From the NCBI GenBank assembly GCA_963745075.1, contig CAVUWV010000024.1:160001-224000 (forward strand): a stretch of 64,000 bases of DNA. The letters run 5' to 3'. Below the pieces are notes generated by a model, which ran no database searches, was not told the origin of the DNA, and worked only from the letters and a program-made list of their open reading frames with translations. Positions within the stretch are counted from its first letter, which is position 1; each line of letters starts with the position of its first letter. Position numbers and translations under genes: made by a program. Below are positions 38,807 through 48,281 of the stretch, piece after piece. This DNA is from Candidatus Hydrogenedentota bacterium. GTDB taxonomy: Bacteria > Hydrogenedentota > Hydrogenedentia > Hydrogenedentales > SLHB01.

Positions 38807-41212
38807 TCAGGGCTCCCGAACCAGTTCCTCTTTCGTGTTGTTTTCCACGGTAACTGCGTATCCGGCGGGGGCATCCAGCCGGTAGTGGATGCCGTCCCCG
38901 GCTTTCCACCAGTGCATGGTGGCTGCCCCGTCCGGCAGGGGCCGGCGACCCTCGCACCACGCCAACGGGACTTCCGACAAGCGTAGCGTAATCGTCTTGT
39001 TCACGGGATCCACTGCGTAGACGCCCAGCACATCGCGGTAGAGTGTATGAACGATGTGCGACGCGAATCCGTGGTCGCAGCTCGCTGCCTCCGTGTCGTT
39101 TTCCCAGAGCGTACCGGTCCGTTCCGCCATGTAGAGCAGATAATCGATGGATTCCGGCAGAATTTCGGCGCCCTTGCCGTACCGAGACAACACCTCGAAG
39201 CGGAGCATGTTCCCCATAAAGGAGTTGGCGAAATGGACCTCTGGGTAGGCCTTCGTCTGTTTCCGACCCGGGCCGAACTGCGTGCAGAGCTTGTTCCAAA
39301 GGTCGGGATACGTCTCTGGCGTCGCCACGTCGAAGAAGAACGCATAGTACTGGCAGATCTCGCTGCGGTTGCGCGTGACTTCAAGTTTGCCGTCCGTCCG
39401 AACGGCATTGTCGACGAAGAATTCGCCGTCGTACGATTGATCCCGAATCACTTGCCGCAAGCGTTCCGACTCCGCTCGTAATTCAGGCATGTCGTATAAG
39501 CCGCCTACGGTATCCAACACCGCTGCGTACAACATGTTGGTGGGATAGTTCACGTCCTGCACGAACTTGTTCGCCTCCGACCATTCCACGAACACCCAAC
39601 TGTCCAGCTTCTCCAGCAGGCCGTCACCGTTCCGGTACGGCTCGAAATATTTCAATAGCGCCAATACCCGCGGTTTCAGCGCATCAATCATTGTCCGATC
39701 GTTGGTGCGGTCGAGATACTCGTTCAGCTGAATCACAAACCACATCGCCCAATTCGGAATATAGACCCCATCATTGTGATCCGCCGGATAACACATGGGA
39801 AGCATGCCTTTCGGCAAGTACTCAAAGTCGTCGGGCAGCATGAAGTTCTCGAAGAAGTTCTTCTCGACAACGGTGGTTCCACACAGGTCATAGGCCGTGC
39901 GCGCTGTGAACAGGCTATCCCCCAACCACCCCGCCCGTTCGCGAGACGGACAATCCATGAAGATATCGACGGCGTTTTGCACGAAGGTCTCGCGCCCAGC
40001 TTCGAAGAGGATGTTGAGCCGGTCGTCGCTCGCGGCAAAGTGTGCGCCCCAGGTGTCCGGATTCACGTATTCCCGCATATGGACATTCGACACCGTGCAC
40101 GCCCCGTCGAGCGCCATCAGCTTCACGTACTGCGCGGTATACGGCTCAAAGGACTCCAGGTTATACGTTCCCGGCTTCAATTCGTACAGGACGCAATTGA
40201 CGCAGCCAAGCCGCTTGAAGTCCACGTCGCCGTTCGAAAGGATTTCGTCAAACGTCATGTAGAACCGGGTTGGTTTCGTGCACTCCACGGTGGCTCCCAG
40301 GAATCCGGACCGGTTCGTGCCCAGACTAAAGATTCGATAGCTCCCCGGATCGATCGTCGCTTTGGTCTCTGGCCCGTAGACAATCCGTTCATGATCGGTT
40401 TCGTGCGAACGCATCTGCTGCAGTTCCGTTGACAGCACCATATCGAGTTCGTTTTCGGGGTACCCCTTGAGCTTGGGTCCGATATTGACCAGCGATCGAT
40501 CCTTCCACAGGTGTTCCGGTGCGACTCCGGTTTCCACCGTTCCCTCGGCCACTTGGAGTTGCGGCGGGAATTGGGTGTACGCGGGATACGAAACCCGGCG
40601 GGGGAGGAGCGGGTGGTCTGGCTGTACGGCACACGCCACCTGCGGATCGGGCGTTGCCCCGCCGGTCCGCCATGCATCCCAATCCGGACCGAGTCGATAG
40701 ACTTCAATGAATGGTCGCTGAAAACTGTACCGTTGAACCTTTTGCACGCGCTCCGTGATTACGTGGGCCTCGAAGTCTTTGCCGTCGGCGCCCGTCGCCG
40801 CCAGTACGTCGTCTCCGCGCAAAATCTCCGCGCGAACGAAGGCCGGCTGATCCAGCAGGTAATAGCTGTTCGCGTTGTAACCGGCCACTTCGATTGCAAC
40901 GTCATTGGCCCCGGCTTTCGTGAGGCTCGTGATATCCAATTCATCGACCCGGAAATAGGCGGGACACGCACGGGCCGGTCCGTGACACAGGAACTCCCCA
41001 TTCACAAACACGCGGTACAACGTCGAACCGGTGACCCGGAGCGTCACGCGTGTATCCGGTTCGCCGTCAAACGAAGCGTGGAACCCCACAAACAGATTCT
41101 TCTCCGTCTCACGATCCTTCGGCCAGATGGGGCGCGCGGCAGTGAAATGCGGTGTAACATCCGCCGATAGCGCCATAAGCGCGCTCGCGAGAACAGGAAC
41201 AATAAGACTCAT
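38807..41212 (-). CDS. Alpha-L-rhamnosidase-like glycoside hydrolase (GH78-like), secreted
   Basis: Signal peptide; DCPSRERAGWLGD, GTLWE, SCDHGF. Confidence 0.8.
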   Translation of the reverse strand: MSLIVPVLASALMALSADVTPHFTAARPIWPKDRETEKNLFVGFHASFDGEPDTRVTLRVTGSTLYRVFVNGEFLCHGPARACPAYFRVDELDITSLTKAGANDVAIEVAGYNANSYYLLDQPAFVRAEILRGDDVLAATGADGKDFEAHVITERVQKVQRYSFQRPFIEVYRLGPDWDAWRTGGATPDPQVACAVQPDHPLLPRRVSYPAYTQFPPQLQVAEGTVETGVAPEHLWKDRSLVNIGPKLKGYPENELDMVLSTELQQMRSHETDHERIVYGPETKATIDPGSYRIFSLGTNRSGFLGATVECTKPTRFYMTFDEILSNGDVDFKRLGCVNCVLYELKPGTYNLESFEPYTAQYVKLMALDGACTVSNVHMREYVNPDTWGAHFAASDDRLNILFEAGRETFVQNAVDIFMDCPSRERAGWLGDSLFTARTAYDLCGTTVVEKNFFENFMLPDDFEYLPKGMLPMCYPADHNDGVYIPNWAMWFVIQLNEYLDRTNDRTMIDALKPRVLALLKYFEPYRNGDGLLEKLDSWVFVEWSEANKFVQDVNYPTNMLYAAVLDTVGGLYDMPELRAESERLRQVIRDQSYDGEFFVDNAVRTDGKLEVTRNRSEICQYYAFFFDVATPETYPDLWNKLCTQFGPGRKQTKAYPEVHFANSFMGNMLRFEVLSRYGKGAEILPESIDYLLYMAERTGTLWENDTEAASCDHGFASHIVHTLYRDVLGVYAVDPVNKTITLRLSEVPLAWCEGRRPLPDGAATMHWWKAGDGIHYRLDAPAGYAVTVENNTKEELVREP

Positions 41213-41408
41213 GACAGTTCTCCTTCCCGGTCAATATAGAATTCAGCCCTTTGGAAATCTTGCCACAGCGGTCCGTCCGAACAATGTCGGCGCCTGCGAT
41301 TTGCGTGGTCTCGCCCTGCTGAGCAAATAAATGCGCAGACTGTATTCTTCTCAACATGGCACGTTGATACCCATCTCTCTTGGGGGCCAGGTCAAACGCG
41401 CCGAATCG

Positions 41409-43742
41409 TTACTCCTCGATGATGAAGCCGTGGTAGACCCCCATGTAGTAAGGCAGCAAGAATGAAGCGCCGTCGGACAAGTTGGTTCCGTTCCCGCCGT
41501 AATCGAGAGTCCACGGATCATGGTTCCAATGGTCCACAATGCGTTCGTCGATGGGAAGCACCCTCCCGCTCACACGATAGCCTCTCTTATCCCGGCCCAT
41601 GCTCCACTGAAGCGGAACGATGTCCAGACGGTGGCTGTTCTTCATTTCCCAGGCGATCAGGTCCAGCGGATAACGCTTCAGCGAATCGAGCGCCTCCTCA
41701 AAACACGACGTAGGCGCAGAAAAGGACCCTATCCGATAACCGCCGATCGAGGAAGTCGCGCCACTCAGGCTTGCCGCATAGATGTAGTTGAAAAGGGGGC
41801 ACAATTCCGGACTCTCCAGTCTCCAATAGCTGCTCAAGGAGTATGTATAGACTGTCCGGAGTACGGGGTCCGTCTCATACTTGAGCAGGTCGTAGTAGTC
41901 CATAAAGGCCATCTCGTCGTCAGATTGGTTGCCCGTGCCGGGGCCGGTCTGCATTTTGGGCATGAGCGTGTTTACTGCGTATCCGTGTTCCGTTACGAGC
42001 GAATCATAAGCCGCCCCAAACTTCGGATCGCCGGTAATGTGCTGAGCCGTCTTGAGGTAGGACAGAATACTCAGCGAATTGAGGCCGCGTGCACCGGCCC
42101 ATCGCGGGTCAAAGTTCAGGTCTTTCGGGCTGTAGCGGGCCCAGCGCGTGGGCTTGCCATCGTGGTCTACCAACTGGAAATCGTGGTCTACGAGATGGTC
42201 GGTGATGCGTTGAACGACTTCGCGGACACGCTCCTTCTCCTGCTCGGTTTCTGCCACCAAGTCATAGTAGGTCGCGTAGAAGAAGTAATGGCCGTCCAGT
42301 TCGTCCGAGCTGGTGTCGGACTTCCAGTACCATTGTCCATCCTCGCTGACCGGCCAGCGGGGGTCGATGACCTTCCACTGGGGATCGCGCTTTTGGGTCT
42401 CGCGATCTCGTTCTATTCGCCCTTCATTCGGGTCGGGACCGCTGGTCGGAAGGATGGTGCGGGCCGGAAACCCGGGAGGCGCGGGGTGGGTGCCGCCTTG
42501 AGTCACTTCGCTCAAAAAGGACACCGCTTCGAGAGCCTTGGTGGCCCGTCCCTTGGCTGCTGGGTCACCCGTGGCCGCGTAGGCAAAGCATTCCGAGGCA
42601 CCATACATACTGGTCCACAGACCGTCGTTGTCGCTGTCGTGTTTCTTGACGTTGGCTTTCACGCCGGGTTCCGGCAAGTTTACATCGAGAACATAGCCGA
42701 ACGGCGTGCGACGATGATACTTGTCAATCTCTTTCACGAAGAACTCCGCCTTGTCGCGCAGGGTGATAGGCCTCCGTTCAATCAGCCCCACACCGCTGGG
42801 CGTGGCAAACCAGGCGTTACCGTCTGGCGTGACCGCGATGGCACGAACTAAATCACTCGGAAGCCAGCGCTTTCCCTGGCGGTATTCCCAAGTCTCACCG
42901 TCGTAGCGGATTGCACCCAAGTCTGTGCCGAGCCAGACCACGCTTTCTTCGCCGGGAACAGCCACGGTGAACTGGTTGTAAGGGAGCCCTTCCTGGCCCG
43001 TGTAGAGGGTCCACTCGTGGTCCCGGCATCCCACACCCTGCGAACTCGCAAACCATAGGCGCCCTTGAATGTCGTAGGCCACACCGCGCACGTCGACGGG
43101 CGCCCAACTACGGCCCGCGCCATCCCGCGGGTGTATGGCTTCCCAGGAACCATTCATACGGACGAACAGTCCGGAGAGCGCCGCCACAGCGACCTCTCCG
43201 TCGAGTCCGGCGGCCACCTGACGCACTTCTTTGCTCGAGCCCAGCAAGCCATTGAGCGCCTCCACAGGGCGAAAGTCGGTTCCAGCCAACTCGAAAAGCC
43301 CTTGTCCCGTGCCCAAGTACGCCGTTTCGCCTTTCGCCAGACTAGTCAATTCTGAACTCTGAGGAACAGGCGAGATCCGTTTCGCATCGCCTTCAACCAC
43401 CCGATACAGAGCGTCGCCGGCAATAGCCAAGACGCCTGACACTTCCGGCGCGAGGGCAGATACCCGAGTGCCGGCCAACACGGAAAGACTCGACCACTGC
43501 CCTTCCTTGAAGCGAGCCAGCCCCTCGGCGGTGCCGGCGTAGATACTGCCGTCGGGCGCCACGGCCACAGCCAAGACGTCTTCGGACGGCAACCCGTCCT
43601 GGATGGTGTAAAACGTACGAACTTCCTGTTCGTACGTTGACACGCGAATGCCCTTCTCGTGACGTAGAGGTTCGGCGTAGCAGGTGAATCCGAACAGTAC
43701 GGCGCAGCTAGCAATCACGAACACAAACAGCGGTCGTTTCAT
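41409..43742 (-). CDS. Secreted protein: Reg_prop-type beta-propeller plus C-terminal helical (alpha/alpha-barrel-like) domain
   Basis: Signal peptide; repeated GLPS..V.A.A...DG..W.GT..G blades; C-terminal DSDNDGLWT, DTSSDELDGH, SDDEMAF. Confidence 0.7.
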   Translation of the reverse strand: MKRPLFVFVIASCAVLFGFTCYAEPLRHEKGIRVSTYEQEVRTFYTIQDGLPSEDVLAVAVAPDGSIYAGTAEGLARFKEGQWSSLSVLAGTRVSALAPEVSGVLAIAGDALYRVVEGDAKRISPVPQSSELTSLAKGETAYLGTGQGLFELAGTDFRPVEALNGLLGSSKEVRQVAAGLDGEVAVAALSGLFVRMNGSWEAIHPRDGAGRSWAPVDVRGVAYDIQGRLWFASSQGVGCRDHEWTLYTGQEGLPYNQFTVAVPGEESVVWLGTDLGAIRYDGETWEYRQGKRWLPSDLVRAIAVTPDGNAWFATPSGVGLIERRPITLRDKAEFFVKEIDKYHRRTPFGYVLDVNLPEPGVKANVKKHDSDNDGLWTSMYGASECFAYAATGDPAAKGRATKALEAVSFLSEVTQGGTHPAPPGFPARTILPTSGPDPNEGRIERDRETQKRDPQWKVIDPRWPVSEDGQWYWKSDTSSDELDGHYFFYATYYDLVAETEQEKERVREVVQRITDHLVDHDFQLVDHDGKPTRWARYSPKDLNFDPRWAGARGLNSLSILSYLKTAQHITGDPKFGAAYDSLVTEHGYAVNTLMPKMQTGPGTGNQSDDEMAFMDYYDLLKYETDPVLRTVYTYSLSSYWRLESPELCPLFNYIYAASLSGATSSIGGYRIGSFSAPTSCFEEALDSLKRYPLDLIAWEMKNSHRLDIVPLQWSMGRDKRGYRVSGRVLPIDERIVDHWNHDPWTLDYGGNGTNLSDGASFLLPYYMGVYHGFIIEE

Positions 43743-44183
43743 AAGAACTCCCTCCATCGTTCCATCCCAGGGCGATTCAGAGACAAAGGTGCCGCGCACA
43801 AGCGTTTCTACACCACCGAATTGGTCCTGGCAAGTCCCCCTATTGCTGTCTTGCCTCGAAGCTGTTGGAGTCTCCGCTTCGAGGGTGTTTCCGGTCGGCT
43901 CAAAAGCCTGGTCATGTTGGCAACCCCTTTTCGAGCCACCTGGATTCTAGCGCAAACGTGAACCGCAACCCAGAAATGAAACCTGCGATATGTATTTCGT
44001 CACAGATGCCAATGTCGGCAATCGCCCCAAGAGCGACGCAAAACTAAACGTCCCGTTCCACGGTCGCTGCCGGCTGGTAGTGGCGGTCATCTTGGGGTGT
44101 TATACTGAAGTCTCTCGGGCTGAAGGCATTATGGAAAGTGATCGTGTGTGCGCGGTCAATCCAATTGGCAAGGATCTGTCAAT

Positions 44184-44628
44184 ATGAAAACCGAAACAAT
44201 TCGCGTTGGACAAGTCGGTATCAAGTTTCTGCTCGAAGCTGCCGGGACGAATGGATCCATGGCGATGTTCGAATTCGCCGTCCCAGTGGGCGCGAAGGTG
44301 CCGCTACCCCATTATCACAAGGAATACGACGAGACCATCTACGGAGTTGAGGGCGTGGTAACATTCACCGTGGATGACAAGCTGGTGGACATCGGCCCGG
44401 GAGAATCTTGTTTTATTCCGCGTGGCGCCGTGCATGGTTTTAACAACCGGAAGCAAACCGACGTTCAGGGCGTTGGCCATCGTTACTCCTGGGCTTATCG
44501 GTCCCCAGTTCTTCAAGGAGATGGCAGTGCTGATAAATGTGGAAGGGCCCCCGGATGGTGAAAAGTTGAAAGCCGTGATGCTGAAACACGGGCTTGTTCC
44601 CGTGATGCCGAAAACGGCTTCCCTATGA
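44184..44628 (+). pseudogene. Cupin domain protein with a +1 frameshift near 44465
   Basis: PHYH..YDE...IPRGAVHGF in frame 1; the expected RALAIVTPG...FFKE continues in the next frame (gacgttcagggcg vs gac gtc agg gcg). Confidence 0.8.
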
Positions 44629-44712
44629 ATTCCCCACGCGGGGTGACCAGCGCGTTGCGTTGTGTGTGCTTAGGGTGAGCTGCTGGGACGGAACATCGGG
44701 GAGACTCGCACC

Positions 44713-44823
44713 ATGTTCGATTTCATCTTTGCCATACTCGCGTGGATCGTACGGATCATTTACTTCACCGGACGTCTCTTGACTGCCAACGATTTCAATC
44801 AGGAGCAAGATTACAATCCGTAA
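44713..44823 (+). CDS. 36-aa small ORF with an eCIS tail-fibre-like RxxYFxGxLLTAxDFxxEQxY motif
   Basis: GGGGAG RBS at 44698-44703; MFDFIFAILAWIVRIIYFTGRLLTANDFNQEQDYNP*. Below the ORF-track size cutoff. Confidence 0.5.
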   Translation: MFDFIFAILAWIVRIIYFTGRLLTANDFNQEQDYNP

Positions 44824-45012
44824 TCGAGAGTTCGGTGACACGGATGCCGTCTCCACTGCGGGCGATTTACGCGGACAGCAAGCTGGATTCCCGCCCCTTA
44901 TACGCATCCATCTAACAATGCGCAGTTTTAACGACTACCGTGGCGCGACTTGATTGTCTTCTCCAATTGAATCTATCGTGCATGAAACGGTCGAACGGCT
45001 CGGTGAGTCTAA

Positions 45013-46710
45013 ACCCAGCGCGGCATAGCCGCAACCAAAAGTGAGGAGATGAATGGCGTTTCCCCTTTGCAGATACAATAGGTATCCGCAGTGGTCTAAC
45101 ACGAGAAGGAGAAACGCCATGCTTGAGTTTATGCAGAAGTACCGGGATAAAGCCAGTTCGATTCTGAGCGGTTTTGATCGAATCGTCTTTCGAGGGCTTT
45201 TGCGGTCTATAGTCCATCCAGACGGCATGAAAAGGCACTTGTCGCGGTGTGACGTTCCCCGCCGCAACTTCGGAGCCCATGTGGAGGAGACGACCAAGAA
45301 ACTGAAAAAGGCCTCGTTGGCTCAGGCTGAACATCTGGATAGACCGGTCATCTACGTGCAATCGAGTCAAACCCGTAAGGAGACTATCGCCAGACAGGTA
45401 CTCGCGGAGAATCCCGTCGATTCCGGTTTGCTGTGCGTGCTTTCTTGTGTGGAGCCCTGCATGACCTACGAGATGTATCGCAATCGGGAGGCCAAGAAAC
45501 TGGAACTCGTCTATCGTCTGCGTAAGTGTCTCCACTTGTATCATTACTACGTCGATCCTCTGTTCGGCTTCATGCATGCCCGCATCCAAACCTGGTATCC
45601 CTTTCACGTCCAAGTCTGTGTGAATGGACGGGAATGGCTGGCTCGGCGAATGGATGCCGAAGGTTGCAAATACATCCGCTACGAGAACAGTTTCCCGCAT
45701 CTAGAGGACCCGGAGCGCGCCCAGCAATTGCTCGATGAACTGGTCCGTCTCAACTGGACCGAAACCCTTCACGAAATCGCCGCGCGGTTGAATCCTGCGC
45801 ATCAAGAGATCCTCGGTCCCTATGCCCGCTACTACTGGACCGCTCACCAAACCGAATGGGCCACGGACATCACGTTTACCTCGGCCCAAGACCTCCAAGA
45901 TATCTATCCTCAACTTGTCTGGGGCGCCATCACCACCTTTTCCACACGGCATGTCATGCGCTTTTTGGGCAAACAATTCCAACGCCACTTTGCCGGCGAA
46001 GTCCAGAGCCATTATCACGACCGTCTCGACGGCCTCTCCGTCAAACATGCCGTCAACAACAATTCCGTCAAGATGTATGACAAAGGGGCCCAAATCCTTC
46101 GCATCGAAACCACCATCAACAACCCCCACGACATCCCGGTCTACCGGCCCAAGGAAGGCGGTGACCCCAAAGACTTGGCTCACCGTTCCATGCGCAAAGG
46201 CGTAGCCAATCTCGAACGGCGCACGCAGGTCTCTCAACGCGCCAACGAACGCTACCTCGAAGCCCTGACACCATTCGATACCTCCACTCCCTTGGCACAA
46301 CTCCTCGCCCCCGTCACCAAAAGGGTCACCAAAAAAGGAACGACCTATCGCGGCCTGCGGCCTTGGGCACACCAAGACCTCGAACTTCTGCAAACCATCA
46401 ACAAACCCGAGTTTCTCATCGCAGGCTTCCGCAACAAGGACCTGTCCGCCATCCTTTATCCCAAGGATCAGGGCGACCTCCGTGCCCGACGCGCCGCCTC
46501 CGGTCGCGTCTCCTATCGCCTACGGCTTCTCCGAGCCCACGGTCTTATTGCCAAAACATCACGCACCCGTCGCTACCAAATCACCACCAAAGGAACTCAA
46601 CTATGCGCAGCCATACTCATGGCCCAACACGCAACTATCCAACAACTTACCCCCAAGGCCGCTTAGACAAATGCGAAAGTTTTTTACGATGTTTGCGGTT
46701 AGGGACCCAG
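45013..46710 (+). mobile_element. IS-like element without TIRs, bounded by an ACCCAG direct repeat
   Basis: ACCCAG at 45013-45018 and 46705-46710; hairpin GCGGC-ATA-GCCGC at 45020-45032; single ORF with C/A-rich composition distinct from its neighbours. Confidence 0.65.
45119..46666 (+). CDS. Putative transposase, Rep_trans-like catalytic motifs plus C-terminal winged HTH (515 aa)
   Basis: AAGGAG RBS; QTEWATD, KMYDK and LRIETT motifs; wHTH GFRNKDL...VSYRLRLLRAHGLI.K...RRYQIT..G. Confidence 0.7.
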   Translation: MLEFMQKYRDKASSILSGFDRIVFRGLLRSIVHPDGMKRHLSRCDVPRRNFGAHVEETTKKLKKASLAQAEHLDRPVIYVQSSQTRKETIARQVLAENPVDSGLLCVLSCVEPCMTYEMYRNREAKKLELVYRLRKCLHLYHYYVDPLFGFMHARIQTWYPFHVQVCVNGREWLARRMDAEGCKYIRYENSFPHLEDPERAQQLLDELVRLNWTETLHEIAARLNPAHQEILGPYARYYWTAHQTEWATDITFTSAQDLQDIYPQLVWGAITTFSTRHVMRFLGKQFQRHFAGEVQSHYHDRLDGLSVKHAVNNNSVKMYDKGAQILRIETTINNPHDIPVYRPKEGGDPKDLAHRSMRKGVANLERRTQVSQRANERYLEALTPFDTSTPLAQLLAPVTKRVTKKGTTYRGLRPWAHQDLELLQTINKPEFLIAGFRNKDLSAILYPKDQGDLRARRAASGRVSYRLRLLRAHGLIAKTSRTRRYQITTKGTQLCAAILMAQHATIQQLTPKAA

Positions 46711-46772
46711 GGGATGTTGTCAGGCATTCCCGTCCCATTCCACACTGAGATGATAACGGAGTACAAAAAGAT

Positions 46773-48140
46773 ATGAATCTTGTTGTGGCCGTCGGGTTCC
46801 TCGCTTTGGCGGCGACCGAACCACAGAGCTTCACCCTTCACGCAGGCACCAGCGTGTGGGACGTGGCGGCGCTCGACGTAAACGGGGATGAACGTGGAGA
46901 CGTCGTTGCCGTGTGTTGCGACGAGAATTCGGAGCCGTTGAACAAGTATCTTGCCGTCTTTCTCTGCGATGCGAATGGGGGATACCCTTCCGAACCCAGT
47001 TTCAAAACCCCACTCGATCCGAGCATCGGCGTGTTGTTCGAGGCCGAAATCGACGGGGCGCCTCCCAAGGAAATCATGGCCGCCAACGCCGAAAGCGTCA
47101 CCGCGTTCGGCTACCGGGACGACAAACTGAAACCCATTCGCGAGGTATCGTTTCCTTCGCTCTTCCCGAGCGGCTCCCGTGAACCGGGTTTTCTCAAGGA
47201 TGCTTCCGCTGACCTCGACGGTGACGGCATCGACGAGTGGTTTGTGCCGATGCCGTCGGGATTCGCAGTCCGCAATAGCGACGGGCTCCTTGCGGACATA
47301 CACTGCGACGTCAACAGCAGCATTCGCACGGGCTCCGGGATCTCGATCAACAACCGGTATCCCGCCTACGCTACGTTCGATCAGGAAAGCTCGAAACAAA
47401 AAGGCGTCGCTTTTCTCAGCGATGAATATGCGGATTTCGCATACGGAAACGGCTGGAAGCAGCACCAGCGATTCCGCATTCCCATCGACCTCGACGACAA
47501 ATGGGACACCAGCTCCGACATGGAGGACATCAACGGCGACGGAATGCCCGACCTCATCGTGACCCAGACGCAGGGGACCATCAACCTGAAGGCGTTGACC
47601 CAGGTCTATCTGGCGGAAGGAATCATGAAGTATCCCGACAAGCCGACCGCGACCTTCGAGTCCCACGGCTCGTTCGCCGCGCCTCTGTTGAAGGACGTGA
47701 ACGGGGACAAGAAGAAGGACATCATCTTCGTAAACATCCCGTTCGGCGTGAAGTTCTTCATCAACCTCTTCGTCTGGCAGAAGCTCGGCGTCAATCTTGA
47801 AATCTACATCTTCAATGGCACCGGGTTCGGCTCCAAGCCCGATTTTACGACCAGCGTATCGATCGAAGCGCCGGATGGAAAAGAGCAGGCCGCGTATTGT
47901 CTTGGCGATTTCAACGGCGATGGCAAAACCGACGCCGCCTTTGGCGCGGGCCGGACCAAGCTGCTCTTGCGTGCGGGGGGCGACGCGAAGTTCATCTCGC
48001 CAAAGCCGTACTTGACCCTGGATGTGCCGTCGTTTGGGATCGCCCACGCCCACAAACTGAACGACAACGACGCGGAAGACATTCTCATCTATCACCCCGG
48101 GATCTCGCTACGTGACCAAATCGAAGTCCTGGTCTTCTGA
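46773..48140 (+). CDS. Secreted FG-GAP/VCBS repeat protein
   Basis: Signal peptide; repeated D(V/L/I/F)NGDG..D motifs. Confidence 0.88.
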   Translation: MNLVVAVGFLALAATEPQSFTLHAGTSVWDVAALDVNGDERGDVVAVCCDENSEPLNKYLAVFLCDANGGYPSEPSFKTPLDPSIGVLFEAEIDGAPPKEIMAANAESVTAFGYRDDKLKPIREVSFPSLFPSGSREPGFLKDASADLDGDGIDEWFVPMPSGFAVRNSDGLLADIHCDVNSSIRTGSGISINNRYPAYATFDQESSKQKGVAFLSDEYADFAYGNGWKQHQRFRIPIDLDDKWDTSSDMEDINGDGMPDLIVTQTQGTINLKALTQVYLAEGIMKYPDKPTATFESHGSFAAPLLKDVNGDKKKDIIFVNIPFGVKFFINLFVWQKLGVNLEIYIFNGTGFGSKPDFTTSVSIEAPDGKEQAAYCLGDFNGDGKTDAAFGAGRTKLLLRAGGDAKFISPKPYLTLDVPSFGIAHAHKLNDNDAEDILIYHPGISLRDQIEVLVF

Positions 48141-48281
48141 TGCCTTGTGCGAATCCACTCGGTTGTCCTTGCAGAAAGCGTCTTACAGCACCGACGGTCC
48201 TCGGTGATTCGTCGTCGACTCAAACTACCATTCCAACAACGCGAGCGCTAAGATAGTCGCGATTTCCCGGGAGCGAGCCCT

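Noticed and set aside
43800..44150. Possible gene remnant (HIAGFISG, rhomboid-like) on the minus strand
   Set aside because: Short, bracketed by stop codons, with no start or RBS and no other rhomboid motifs.
45119..46666. Assignment of the transposase to HUH (IS91/IS200) or DDE families, or as a MarR regulator
   Set aside because: No H-hydrophobic-H motif (HLYHY does not fit), no recognisable DDE pattern or TIRs, and the wHTH covers only the last ~90 aa.
46647..48095. Long antisense ORFs (this 482-aa one; also 58776-60449, 41520-42851, 22478-23809, 37714-38874)
   Set aside because: They shadow well-supported genes on the opposite strand, which is typical of high-GC codon bias, and show no family motifs.
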